This document shows positions 27,831 to 37,387 of a stretch of 51,656 bases of DNA, one piece after another. The notes under the pieces are model-generated. The model saw only the letters and a program-made list of their open reading frames with translations, was not told the DNA's origin and ran no database searches. Positions within the stretch are counted from its first letter, which is position 1. Each line of letters opens with the position of its first letter. The position numbers were made by a program, and so were the translations under genes. Source of the stretch: a virus (Duplodnaviria > Caudoviricetes); IMG/VR virus record IMGVR_UViG_3300048893_000093, positions 1-51,656 of that record. One strand, given 5' to 3'.

Positions 27831-28975
27831 CCGACACACAACGAAACATTTGGCTTCTACGAATACAGGATTTTGCAAACATCCTTTTGGATTTGCCGTT
27901 AGATGAAAGAATAGAAATGCTCAACGAGGCGAGGTTAATTTTACATTCAACTTCGCCTTTTAAAGCAGAGCCGGTGGATTATGTGAAGTGGGTATTAGCA
28001 GAAACTGTAACGGCAAATGATTATAATCCTAACAAGGTCGCCCCTCCTGAAATGGAATTATTGGAAATTTCTATTATGAATGATGGCTTTACACAACCAG
28101 TAGTGACATTTCCTAATAATGGGAAAATTGAAGTGGTAGATGGCTTTCATAGAACGCGTGTATGTAAAGAATCTAAAATAGTTAAACAGCGCGTTATCGG
28201 TTATACGCCAACCGTTATAATTCGTAAAGAACAAAGTGATAAGAATGATCGCATCGCTTCAACCATCCGTCACAATCGTGCCCGTGGCAAACATCAAATT
28301 GACGCAATGAGTGAAATTGTTTTGGAATTGAAAAACCGTAATTGGAAAAATGAAAGAATTGCCCGTGAACTTGGAATGGATGAGGAAGAAATATTACGGT
28401 TATGCCAAATAACAGGTTTAGCAGAAATATTCAAAGATGATGACTTTTCAAAATCATGGGAAGCCTCAGATTCGATTGCAAATTACGAGCCATTAACAGA
28501 TGAATTAAACCAGGATGAGGTTGAACATTATCGAACAAGCAATACAAATGATCCTGACCGAATATTCCACACATTTGATAAATGGGAATGTCATAAAGCG
28601 GGATTCTACGCTAGTTCAAGATCAGGATTAACAGCAGATCAATGCGAGAAAATGTATGCTTCATTCCTGGGTGATAATAACCAATTCAGGGAGGGTTTGG
28701 AAGGTGTTCTCCGATCATGGCCCAACTCATGCGAACATTATCTGACTAATAAGGCTATGAACCGAATTGCTTGGTTAGGTCAAGCTGCTGTATGTTATAG
28801 CACTGGAATACCAAGTAAATTTTGTTCTGCTTGGACACTCTTAACAGAGCAACAACAAAACAATGCAAATGAATTGGCGCTAATTTATTTAAACAAATGG
28901 ATGGTATCGCATAACCGCGAACCAATCAGTATGGAAGATGCTTTATCAATTGGAAGACAAGTAAATATTTATTGA
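27827..28975 (+). CDS. ibrB: IbrB-like ParB/Srx-domain protein with extra C-terminal domain
   Basis: ANDYNPN.VAPPEM.LL..SI..DGFTQP, VDGFHR, ASTIRHNRARGKH. Confidence 0.8.
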   Translation: MTDTQRNIWLLRIQDFANILLDLPLDERIEMLNEARLILHSTSPFKAEPVDYVKWVLAETVTANDYNPNKVAPPEMELLEISIMNDGFTQPVVTFPNNGKIEVVDGFHRTRVCKESKIVKQRVIGYTPTVIIRKEQSDKNDRIASTIRHNRARGKHQIDAMSEIVLELKNRNWKNERIARELGMDEEEILRLCQITGLAEIFKDDDFSKSWEASDSIANYEPLTDELNQDEVEHYRTSNTNDPDRIFHTFDKWECHKAGFYASSRSGLTADQCEKMYASFLGDNNQFREGLEGVLRSWPNSCEHYLTNKAMNRIAWLGQAAVCYSTGIPSKFCSAWTLLTEQQQNNANELALIYLNKWMVSHNREPISMEDALSIGRQVNIY

Positions 28976-28976
28976 C

Positions 28977-29675
28977 ATGGCAACTAAACTCTATCATACA
29001 ACAAAATCCGTTCTTACCGCTTCAAAAGAGCGCATATCAGCCACTTTCGATAATTTCCAACGAATTTATATTTCTTTCAGTGGCGGCAAAGATAGTTCCG
29101 TTATGACACATTTAATATTGCAGGAAGCGCGTAAAAGAGGTAGGCAAGTTGGGTTATTGATTATTGATCTTGAGGCGCAATATAATGATACAATCACACA
29201 TATAGAACAAATGGTCGCCATGTACCAGGATATTATCGAATTACATTGGGTGTGTGCCGAATTGTTATTACGAAATGCCGTATCAAATTATCAACCTCGC
29301 TGGATTTGTTGGGATAAAGAAAAACAAGATGTTTGGGTGCGACCAATGCCCTCTCGGTGCGCTGACCTAAACCAGTACGATTTTTACCAACCTAAAATGG
29401 AATTTGAAGAGTTTATGGTATTGTTTGGCGAATGGTATTCACGCGGAATAAATACCGTTGCGTTTATTGGCATACGCGCCGATGAATCACTGCATCGTTA
29501 CCGGGCAATCACTTCACGAAAAGATGGATTAATGTTTAATAATTGGAAATGGTCTACTAAAATAGCCGCGAAATTATTTAATATTTATCCGATTTACGAT
29601 TGGCGCACAGAAGATATTTGGGTGTTTCATGGTAAATTTCGTGAGCTGCCACATAATAAAATTTATGATAAATGA
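28977..29675 (+). CDS. ibrA: IbrA-like PAPS-reductase family protein, N-terminal part
   Basis: SFSGGKDS, GIRADES..R and YPIYDW motifs. Confidence 0.8.
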   Translation: MATKLYHTTKSVLTASKERISATFDNFQRIYISFSGGKDSSVMTHLILQEARKRGRQVGLLIIDLEAQYNDTITHIEQMVAMYQDIIELHWVCAELLLRNAVSNYQPRWICWDKEKQDVWVRPMPSRCADLNQYDFYQPKMEFEEFMVLFGEWYSRGINTVAFIGIRADESLHRYRAITSRKDGLMFNNWKWSTKIAAKLFNIYPIYDWRTEDIWVFHGKFRELPHNKIYDK

Positions 29676-30187
29676 TGATGGCAGGTGTAAAAATATCACA
29701 ACAGCGATTGTGTCAGCCATACGGAGATGACCAGCGCAGAGGATTATGGTTATATCATATATTGGAACCTGAAACATGGTATAAACTCGTATCGCGTGTT
29801 AATGGCGTAAATTCTGGTGCGCTCTATATTCAAGAAACAGGTAATATGACAGGGTATAATAAAATTACTAAACCTAACGGTCATACGTGGCAATCATTTT
29901 GCAATCTACTTTTATCAACAATGCCATGTCGCACCAGTTCGCATTATAAGGAACGGTTTAAAAAATTTATTAAAGGTTGGCAAGATAGGGGTTACCTCAA
30001 AATACCCGACGAAGCGCCGGAAGATTTAGAATCAAAATGTTGGGTACCATCATGGCGAAGATTATGCAAGGTGATTCTACGTAATGACTATTGGTGCAAA
30101 GGGCTTGGACAAGTTCAACCATTTTCAGAGGCTTACGGAAAATTTAAAGACATTAAAAAGAAACGTGAGATTGAAGCTAAATTATAA
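29672..30187 (+). CDS. IbrA-like protein, C-terminal part (DUF3440)
   Basis: QRLCQPYG, EPETW..L..RV.G.N.G and PSWRR.CK..L.NDYW. Confidence 0.75.
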   Translation: MMMAGVKISQQRLCQPYGDDQRRGLWLYHILEPETWYKLVSRVNGVNSGALYIQETGNMTGYNKITKPNGHTWQSFCNLLLSTMPCRTSSHYKERFKKFIKGWQDRGYLKIPDEAPEDLESKCWVPSWRRLCKVILRNDYWCKGLGQVQPFSEAYGKFKDIKKKREIEAKL

Positions 30188-30657
30188 TGACCGACTTCCA
30201 CTCCATAACCGAATCAGTCCGCGAATTTGAACAATCATTCACGCCCTCACAACCGCGAATATTGCGATTTTATAATCGTAAGCGGAAATGCGTTAAAACT
30301 ATAACATCGACTGATTACATCTATTGGTACAATAATCGACATGCATCCTGGCAAACTGAAAATGAATATATTATTGCGATTGAAAATGAATTGAGGCAAA
30401 ATGATGAGCAGAAGCGATATTCATTTATAGAAGTATTTTCGATGATCGGCGAATTTATCCGCCGCCATTATATACGCGGTAACCGATTGGCCCCGATTTC
30501 GTTTGAGGGGCAAATGCAGGATGATCCGTATTTATCGCAACGACTTATTGTCATTATACCGGTTTGCGATTGGCGAAAGGTGATGAGGTGGACGCGACAA
30601 AATCGGTATATTACAATAGAACAATTTATTAACCAATATAAAAACCAAACCTCATGA
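30187..30657 (+). CDS. Hypothetical protein
   Basis: 156-aa ORF coupled to both neighbours. Confidence 0.55.
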   Translation: MTDFHSITESVREFEQSFTPSQPRILRFYNRKRKCVKTITSTDYIYWYNNRHASWQTENEYIIAIENELRQNDEQKRYSFIEVFSMIGEFIRRHYIRGNRLAPISFEGQMQDDPYLSQRLIVIIPVCDWRKVMRWTRQNRYITIEQFINQYKNQTS

Positions 30658-31403
30658 CACAAATTTTCAAAGATTATCAAGAATTTTCTCAAAGAGAAGA
30701 TAAAACAGTTAACGGCGTTTCTCAAAATTTCGCTGATAATAACCCGGATTATAAAAATCAGTTTAATAATGAAGGCTGTTACAATTGCCATGATTGCAGC
30801 GGTTGCATCGGTTGCAGCGATTGCAGCGGTTGCAGCGGTTGCAGCGGTTGCAGCGATTGCATCGGTTGCAGCGGTTGCAGCGGTTGCCGCGGTTGCAGCG
30901 GTTGCAGCGGTTGCAGCGGTTGCAGCGGTTGCCGCGGTTGCAGCGATTGCAGCGGTTGCATCGGTTGCAGCGATTGCAGCGATTGCAGCGGTTGCGGCGG
31001 TTGCAGCGATTGCCGCGATTGCCGCGGTTGCCGCGGTTGCATAGGTTTGTATTATAAAAACGGTTATAATGAAATTAATAAATTAGAAATTCCCATTATC
31101 GAAAACATCCATCAAAAAATATTAGAAGCATGTAAACCTCCTTATGCTTTAAAAATGGATAAATGGCATACATGTGAAACAACTCATTGTCGTGCTGGTT
31201 GGGTAGAAATAATTGCTGGTGAGGCTGGCTCGAAACTCGCTGCGCAAACCTCAACCTTATTCGCCGCTATACAAATTTATAAAAAATCTTCGCCTAATAT
31301 TCGTGTTTTTCCACCGAGATTTTTTGAAAGCGATAAAATAGCAATGGAAGATATAAAGAGATGTGCGGAATTGGAGATTGAAGAAAATAGTAAAATCAAA
31401 TAA
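30654..31403 (+). CDS. Cys-rich (CXX)30 repeat protein with C-terminal [13 protein letters not shown] domain
   Basis: Only frame with unique flanking domains across the repeat. Confidence 0.75.
   Translation: MTQIFKDYQEFSQREDKTVNGVSQNFADNNPDYKNQFNNEGCYNCHDCSGCIGCSDCSGCSGCSGCSDCIGCSGCSGCRGCSGCSGCSGCSGCRGCSDCSGCIGCSDCSDCSGCGGCSDCRDCRGCRGCIGLYYKNGYNEINKLEIPIIENIHQKILEACKPPYALKMDKWHTCETTHCRAGWVEIIAGEAGSKLAAQTSTLFAAIQIYKKSSPNIRVFPPRFFESDKIAMEDIKRCAELEIEENSKIK
30777..31046. repeat. 9-bp coding tandem repeat x30 (consensus TGCAGCGGT)
   Basis: Counted directly. Confidence 0.95.
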
Positions 31404-31426
31404 CAACAAATAAAACAATTACAACC

Positions 31427-32215
31427 ATGACCACACAACAATTAACACTCGACCAACTCGGTAACAGAACTACCATCCGCGATAATTCACAACGGGCAGA
31501 TGAAGTTATGCGTATTTCTCTCGACAAAATAGTTATCCGCGACGGCTTCAATGTCCGGCAGCATTACGGCGATATTAAGGGGTTGGCGCAATCCATTTTA
31601 GAAAACGGACAGACACTACCTGGCCGTGTTGATGTATTGGCTGATGGAACATTTGTACTGGCAGACGGGCACCGGCGATATGAGGCGTTAAAACTACTTG
31701 AAACGGAAGGCAATGATTGTTACTTCATGGCAATTGTAAACAAAACCAAAACTACAGAAGAACAACGCATCCTTCAAATGTTTACAACGCAAGACAATAA
31801 GCCGTTAGATGCAATTGAAGTTTGCGAACTGATACAACGCCTAGTTAATATCGGACACACCCCAAAAGCGATTGCCGATAAAATTGGAAAGAGCCGGTCT
31901 TATGTGGATCAAATGCTTTCACTCGCAACTGAATCTCCTCAGATAAAAGAGCATGTAAAAAACGGTACTATAAATGTTTCGACTGTTTTGAAAACAAAAC
32001 GAACAACGCCCAACGCAGAAGAACGCTCATCCCGTCTTGCCGATGCCATAAAAAACAGTAACGGTAAATCTTCTGGCGTTTCCAAAATTGTGCGGGTGGC
32101 GCAAAAAAACGAAGCCAAAACAAATCATGCCAATCGGATCGCAAAGGCCATTATAAAAGATGATAAAATGCAAACGCAGGAACGGCTGGTTGAGATTATA
32201 TTGGAGTTGTTATGA
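31427..32215 (+). CDS. ParB/RepB/Spo0J-family protein with HTH
   Basis: GFNVR, LA.SI..NG, DGHRR..A and IADKIGKSRSYV. Confidence 0.85.
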   Translation: MTTQQLTLDQLGNRTTIRDNSQRADEVMRISLDKIVIRDGFNVRQHYGDIKGLAQSILENGQTLPGRVDVLADGTFVLADGHRRYEALKLLETEGNDCYFMAIVNKTKTTEEQRILQMFTTQDNKPLDAIEVCELIQRLVNIGHTPKAIADKIGKSRSYVDQMLSLATESPQIKEHVKNGTINVSTVLKTKRTTPNAEERSSRLADAIKNSNGKSSGVSKIVRVAQKNEAKTNHANRIAKAIIKDDKMQTQERLVEIILELL

Positions 32216-32294
32216 AGCGCGAGGAAATATTTGATTTTATTTTGGTAATTTTGGTATTGGCGATTGTTGCGGGGGCGGCTTGGATGAATAGGTT

Positions 32295-32609
32295 ATGACA
32301 AAAGAAACAACAACGGATATTCAAAAAGCGCTATTAAAAATTAAGCAACAACTATTGGTCACCAAAGGTAATTTAGAAAATTTACGAAAGCCTGAGGTAT
32401 TCCGATCCAACAAGGATGTAACCGAAAGCCTTTTAAGCCAACATGATCGGGTAGCATCACGCCCACTAGTTCGTCATTACAGTACGTTCAAATCCCAATG
32501 CGGTATTCGTGAGCCGTCCCGTGCAACCGAAATTGCGTTGATTGAAATAAACAATCACGAACCATCACCGTTATATGGTTTTATTTATCCTGAGGAGATG
32601 TATTTATGA
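32295..32609 (+). CDS. Hypothetical protein
   Basis: 104-aa ORF. Confidence 0.5.
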   Translation: MTKETTTDIQKALLKIKQQLLVTKGNLENLRKPEVFRSNKDVTESLLSQHDRVASRPLVRHYSTFKSQCGIREPSRATEIALIEINNHEPSPLYGFIYPEEMYL

Positions 32610-32836
32610 CTGCCGAACCGCGCCACGCCACCCTCACTCAAGCTCGCCAACTATTCGATCTATTCCAATATAAATTATTTTCAATGCGCAAAATCAATGC
32701 GCAAAATCTGCCTATTACCGAATCTGACATAGCCCATATTCAAATTTTTGGAATGCTTGATAAAAAATCGGCTGGCGCATGCAATAGGTGCGATTATACT
32801 TATCGGTTTGTAAAAAATCCATGGTTGATTGAATAG
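32606..32836 (+). CDS. Hypothetical protein
   Basis: 76-aa ORF. Confidence 0.5.
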   Translation: MTAEPRHATLTQARQLFDLFQYKLFSMRKINAQNLPITESDIAHIQIFGMLDKKSAGACNRCDYTYRFVKNPWLIE

Positions 32837-32909
32837 CTATACACATGCAATAGTTCATAATTATTTTCACACTCATGATTTCGCTTGGTTATTATTTATA
32901 TATTAGCAG

Positions 32910-33025
32910 TCCCACTTATTACGTCAAGCGAAATGGAATCGTATTTTTAACATAGCCCTGAGAATTCATGCGTTCTAAACGCTTGACGGCTTACCGTGTG
33001 AGTTTGACGGGCTTAATTTTTTTTT
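32910..33025 (+). promoter_or_regulatory. Structured leader / attenuator of replication operon
   Basis: CGTCAAGCG (32922-30) complements CGCTTGACG (32980-88), which sits in the loop of a hairpin (32954-33013) followed by T9. Confidence 0.5.
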
Positions 33026-33028
33026 GTC

Positions 33029-33586
33029 ATGGAGAATATTTTAATTCCATTTGGTAAATACAAAGGCCAACCTCTTGAGGTTATGGCACAGGATCAGCAA
33101 TATATGGAATGGATACAACAACAGGGATGGTTGGCTGAAAAATACCCACAAATAAATACACTTATAATTAACAACTTTAAAGAACCATCCGAAACACCTG
33201 ATCATAATAAAATACAGGGAATGTTTTTGGATATGGATTTTATTTCAAAATTAGTTGTTTTATACCTTAATAAAATAAATTCTAAAGCTGTAATAAAAAA
33301 AATATCACCCCCTAAATTTGAAATTGATGGGATAGATGCTTCATTTACCGTTACGTATTACAATAACGTTGATATTTTTTTTAGAATTGAAATTAAACCA
33401 GGGTTAGGAGATGATTACCCAGTAATATTAAGACAAATAAGAGGTTTAAAGGGATTTTCGATAGAGCGTTATTTTGCAAATATATTATTGATTGATAATT
33501 ATAATGGAGTTGGAATAAGCCAGGAACAATTAATAAAATTATTTAATAGCATGGGTATTATGATAATTTTTCTCCATGAAATATGA
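33029..33586 (+). CDS. DUF3820-like N-terminal domain protein
   Basis: IPFGKYKGQPL...Y.EW motif. Confidence 0.6.
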   Translation: MENILIPFGKYKGQPLEVMAQDQQYMEWIQQQGWLAEKYPQINTLIINNFKEPSETPDHNKIQGMFLDMDFISKLVVLYLNKINSKAVIKKISPPKFEIDGIDASFTVTYYNNVDIFFRIEIKPGLGDDYPVILRQIRGLKGFSIERYFANILLIDNYNGVGISQEQLIKLFNSMGIMIIFLHEI

Positions 33587-35169
33587 GTAACCCATTAAAT
33601 TTACACGCAATTGAATGGTTTAATTTCTACGGAGATTTTAAAGATATTTTTACAGGAGTTCGTAATTGTAATATGATTACGGTTAATGAGGCCGCTCTTA
33701 TTAATCCTTTAGAACCGTCTCCAAACGACCTAAATACGGTTACGTTTAAAAATGGAAAGTATATGGTTCAAGTTTGTAAACCTAATGATTATGATTTTCC
33801 AAACAACGCTATAATTTCTCGCTTCTCTTTATTGTGTGCTGTAAAATTCAAAAGAGATATTGGAGCCGCAATTTCTTACATCCAATACGAATTAATGGGC
33901 CAGGAAATTCCATATATCCGGGTTGGAACAGATTATTACAAAGTTATTTCAAAACAAGATCGCTATGGTGCAAATCAAACTCATCTTAAGCCCTGGAAGA
34001 AAGATGAAATAAAGCAAGATCATTCTAAAAATCTACTTTCATCTATTCCTAAGTTCGATGATTTTATTATTGATCCGGATAATACAAGATATTCACCAAT
34101 AATAAAAAACTGTTATAATTTATACTCTCAATTTTCACACACACCATACCCAACCGATGTAAATTTTAGTCACTTTCCCGTTACATATAATTTTCTCCAA
34201 CATATTTTTAATAATGGCACACCCGACAAACCGCAATTGGATGCAGGATTAATTTACTTCAAAGTACTTTATGAATACCCTAAACACATCTTACCAATCT
34301 TATGCCTCATTTCTAAACCGCGCGAAACAGGTAAAACAACATTTATCAATTGGCTTCAAATGATTTTTGGCGCTAATTATGTTTCTATTTCAAGTGATGC
34401 GCTTACGAAACAATTTAATTCTAATTATGCTAATAAAAATATTATCACTTTTGAAGAAACTTTTATTGAAAAACAACAAGGAATAGAAAAATTAAAACAC
34501 CTTAGCACCGCAAAATCAATTGATGTTAGTCAAAAATTTATCTCCGAATATTCGATCCCTTTTTATGGTAAATTCATTCTATGCTCAAATAAAGTGCTTG
34601 ATTTTATGCGTATTGATAAAGAGGAAAATAGATTTTGGATTCGCCCTATCCCTGTAATTACAAATAAACGAAACACTAAAATAGAACAACAACTATTCGA
34701 TGAAATACCATATTTTTTAAAATACCTTACTCAATTACCTCCAATAGATTTTGATAATGGATCGCGTATGGTTTTAAACGTAAACCAAACTCAAACCGAT
34801 GCGTTATCGGCTGTAAAAGAAGATTCAAAATCTTGGCTTCATAAAGAAATTGAAATACTTATTGAGGATTTTTTTAATGAAAACCCAAACTTAGATTCAT
34901 TTCAAGCCACCTCTTCTGATATTAAACATGAGTGGTTTAAAACCAATAACCAGGTATCAGTTGCATACATTAGGAAGGTTATAGTTGATGAAATTGGATT
35001 ACAATGTAAAAAAGGCCCTAGCAATGAAGTTTTAAAATATTATCGTTTTGGTAGGAATAATTATGATCCGGTTGTTAAGAATATGGATTACAAAACAGGG
35101 TGGCCTTTTGAGTTTCATAGAAACAATGAGATTCTTAAACCGGTTGAGGAGCCAAATTACCCGTTTTAA
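33583..35169 (+). CDS. Primase-associated SF3 (D5 / DUF5906-like) helicase
   Basis: Walker A RETGKTT, F.E Walker B, ILCSN and R-finger-like NRFW. Confidence 0.8.
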   Translation: MSNPLNLHAIEWFNFYGDFKDIFTGVRNCNMITVNEAALINPLEPSPNDLNTVTFKNGKYMVQVCKPNDYDFPNNAIISRFSLLCAVKFKRDIGAAISYIQYELMGQEIPYIRVGTDYYKVISKQDRYGANQTHLKPWKKDEIKQDHSKNLLSSIPKFDDFIIDPDNTRYSPIIKNCYNLYSQFSHTPYPTDVNFSHFPVTYNFLQHIFNNGTPDKPQLDAGLIYFKVLYEYPKHILPILCLISKPRETGKTTFINWLQMIFGANYVSISSDALTKQFNSNYANKNIITFEETFIEKQQGIEKLKHLSTAKSIDVSQKFISEYSIPFYGKFILCSNKVLDFMRIDKEENRFWIRPIPVITNKRNTKIEQQLFDEIPYFLKYLTQLPPIDFDNGSRMVLNVNQTQTDALSAVKEDSKSWLHKEIEILIEDFFNENPNLDSFQATSSDIKHEWFKTNNQVSVAYIRKVIVDEIGLQCKKGPSNEVLKYYRFGRNNYDPVVKNMDYKTGWPFEFHRNNEILKPVEEPNYPF

Positions 35170-35174
35170 CCCAA

Positions 35175-35423
35175 AAAATCAATTTTCGTTTTTACTTTAC
35201 TTTCCGTTTTACTAGCCTAAAAAATTGAAAACCATGCAGTTAACCCCAGGTAAAAAAAAACGACAAAAATCATAAACCCCAGTGTGTTTTTTATATATAC
35301 CACCGTACTATTATCTATAATATATATTATATTTTACTTTTTACTTTATATATATAATATATTAATAATCAATATTATATAACGTAAAACAGGTAAGTAA
35401 AAATAAAGTAAAACTAAGTAAAA
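35175..35423. other. Candidate replication origin
   Basis: Very AT-rich, with clustered TTTTAC(T) and (A)GTAAAA repeats in opposite orientation around a TATA-rich core, just after the helicase. Confidence 0.5.
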
Positions 35424-35789
35424 ATGACTCCATCCGAAGACCGAATCCAGGCCGAAATTGTGCGCTGGTATACCAACACCTACTGTCTAGCTCACCACTC
35501 CCCACGCTGTCTAATCTTCCATGTACCCAACCAGGGCCAGCAACGCTTAACTAATATAGGGGTATTGGGTGGGGTGAGTGATCTTATTGTGGTACATACC
35601 TCACAATCCCAACCAACCACACCAACGTCCACCCAGCCGCACGTTCTATTCATAGAGGTAAAGACACCAACCGGAACACTAAGCGCATCACAGAGGGCAT
35701 TTATGGAACGAATAGAGGCTATTGGATTGAGGTATTATATAGTGAAGTCGTTGGAAGAGTTTCAGGGGATTATTGAATTATTAGCATAA
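35424..35789 (+). CDS. VRR-NUC domain nuclease
   Basis: E..IQ, HVPN, GVSDL, FIEVKT..G.LS..Q. Confidence 0.85.
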   Translation: MTPSEDRIQAEIVRWYTNTYCLAHHSPRCLIFHVPNQGQQRLTNIGVLGGVSDLIVVHTSQSQPTTPTSTQPHVLFIEVKTPTGTLSASQRAFMERIEAIGLRYYIVKSLEEFQGIIELLA

Positions 35790-35807
35790 TTTACGTATAT
35801 TTACTTA

Positions 35808-36518
35808 ATGAAATTAATCGAAAATTTAAAAACTCAATTAAATGGGAAATGGTTAATCCGTTATGGTATTTATGAATGTCCTAGATGTTCAAATCATTTT
35901 AAAGCAAATGTAAGTGACGTAAAGCGTAATAGAGTGCGCCATTGTGGATGTTCTAAATGGAATAGGCCTTTACCTGAAATAATTAATGGTTATAAAATAT
36001 CACAAGATTTAGGTATAAAAAATGGTCGTAAGCGGGCAACTGTATTTTGTCCATTATGTTTTGTTAATACTTATGAGGTATCAGTGGATAGCTTACATAG
36101 AGATAAGATTCGTAAAAATTGTGGATGTATAAAATCTCAATTACAACAAATTAAAATATTAGTTAATGAAAGTGATATTATTAAACAGCATGAACGCATA
36201 ATAGAGCGCGCGCCACTTATACGTCTTAAAAATAATATAAGGGCACTTATACGTAAGTCTATATGGAAGGGCAGTTACACAAAAGATAGTTCTACTGAGA
36301 GGATATTAGGCTGTAATTTTAATAAATTCAAAACACATATTGAAAATTTATTTACAGACGGGATGAATTGGAATAACCGCGATAAATGGCACATAGATCA
36401 CATCATTCCTTGTGATAGCGCTAAGAATAAAAAAGAGCTTATTAAATTAAATCATTATACAAATTTACAGCCGTTATGGGCTATTGATAATATAAGAAAA
36501 AGTAATAAGATAGTTTAA
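35808..36518 (+). CDS. HNH endonuclease with tandem Zn ribbons
   Basis: CxxC...CGC repeats; WHIDHIIP...NLQPLWA.DN.RK. Confidence 0.8.
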   Translation: MKLIENLKTQLNGKWLIRYGIYECPRCSNHFKANVSDVKRNRVRHCGCSKWNRPLPEIINGYKISQDLGIKNGRKRATVFCPLCFVNTYEVSVDSLHRDKIRKNCGCIKSQLQQIKILVNESDIIKQHERIIERAPLIRLKNNIRALIRKSIWKGSYTKDSSTERILGCNFNKFKTHIENLFTDGMNWNNRDKWHIDHIIPCDSAKNKKELIKLNHYTNLQPLWAIDNIRKSNKIV

Positions 36519-36519
36519 C

Positions 36520-36687
36520 ACATGACCCCCCCCTAGGTATTAGGTACTTCCAGTGTTATAAAAAATACTCGCAATAAATGCAAATGCGCGTTCTTTTACA
36601 AAAACACTAAAATTTCACTTTTTGTAGCCTGGGTTTGTAGTATAAATTGGCTACAACTCCATTTTTAACTACATTTGTTGTTAAACG
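36520..36687 (+). other. Candidate cos/pac packaging region
   Basis: Between HNH and terS; C7 run, TAGGTACTTCC, TGTAG/CTACA repeats at about 36623-36673. Confidence 0.4.
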
Positions 36688-37365
36688 ATGCCACTCCATA
36701 CTAAGAAAGAATTCGCCGCGATGTGCGGTATGACTACGTCGAAGCTATCCATATATGCTTTACCTGATAGGCGAAAAATAATTTACAATGGAGACTACAT
36801 AGATTCATCGGTTGAGCCAAATATTTCCTTTTTACAGAAATGGCGCGATAAAAATCGGGATAAAATAGCAGGGATAGAATCAGAAAAACCGGCGGTTGAG
36901 CCAAAAAAATTAAGACTAACGCGCCCGTTGACCAAAAAAGAAATAATTGAAGATGAACAGAAATGGCAACAAAATGAACCGATTGATCCAGAAATAACCG
37001 GCACAACTAGCTTAGATGCTAAAAAATTGCGCACCCAAATTCTCAAAATGGAAAAGGAAATTGAGAAGTTAAACCTCAACAACCAAAAAGCGATGGGCCA
37101 GGTTGTACCGGTTGATCTTATGGATTCCGTTTTTTTACAGGAACGCCAATCTGTTTTGGTTGAAAGCAAAAATACACTTCAGGATATTTTGACAATTTTT
37201 GCGAAGCGCCGGGATTTGACGGCAGCAGAAAGGGCGGATATATCAACTGAGTTTACTGACCGATTAAACGAAATGATGAAACGATCTGCTGAAGCAACCC
37301 AAAAGGCGATAGATGAAATTGTTAAACAGTTTTCGGTTAAACGTGGGAAGGGGGAGCGGACATAA
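36688..37365 (+). CDS. terS: Terminase small subunit (Nu1-like)
   Basis: N-terminal HTH (TKKEFA.MCG), coiled coil, G.VVP motif; before terL. Confidence 0.75.
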   Translation: MPLHTKKEFAAMCGMTTSKLSIYALPDRRKIIYNGDYIDSSVEPNISFLQKWRDKNRDKIAGIESEKPAVEPKKLRLTRPLTKKEIIEDEQKWQQNEPIDPEITGTTSLDAKKLRTQILKMEKEIEKLNLNNQKAMGQVVPVDLMDSVFLQERQSVLVESKNTLQDILTIFAKRRDLTAAERADISTEFTDRLNEMMKRSAEATQKAIDEIVKQFSVKRGKGERT

Positions 37366-37387
37366 TTATGATAGACATTTATAAGTT

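Noticed and set aside
30777-31046. CRISPR array or DGR template in the tandem repeat
   Set aside because: 9-bp period with no spacers, inside a coding frame; no cas or reverse transcriptase gene recognised in the genome
30769-31057. Alternative-frame ORFs (poly-AAV, QRL, QPL)
   Set aside because: By-products of a stop-free 9-bp repeat with no unique flanking domains
31427-32215. Complete ParABS partition system
   Set aside because: No ParA ATPase or clear parS array found
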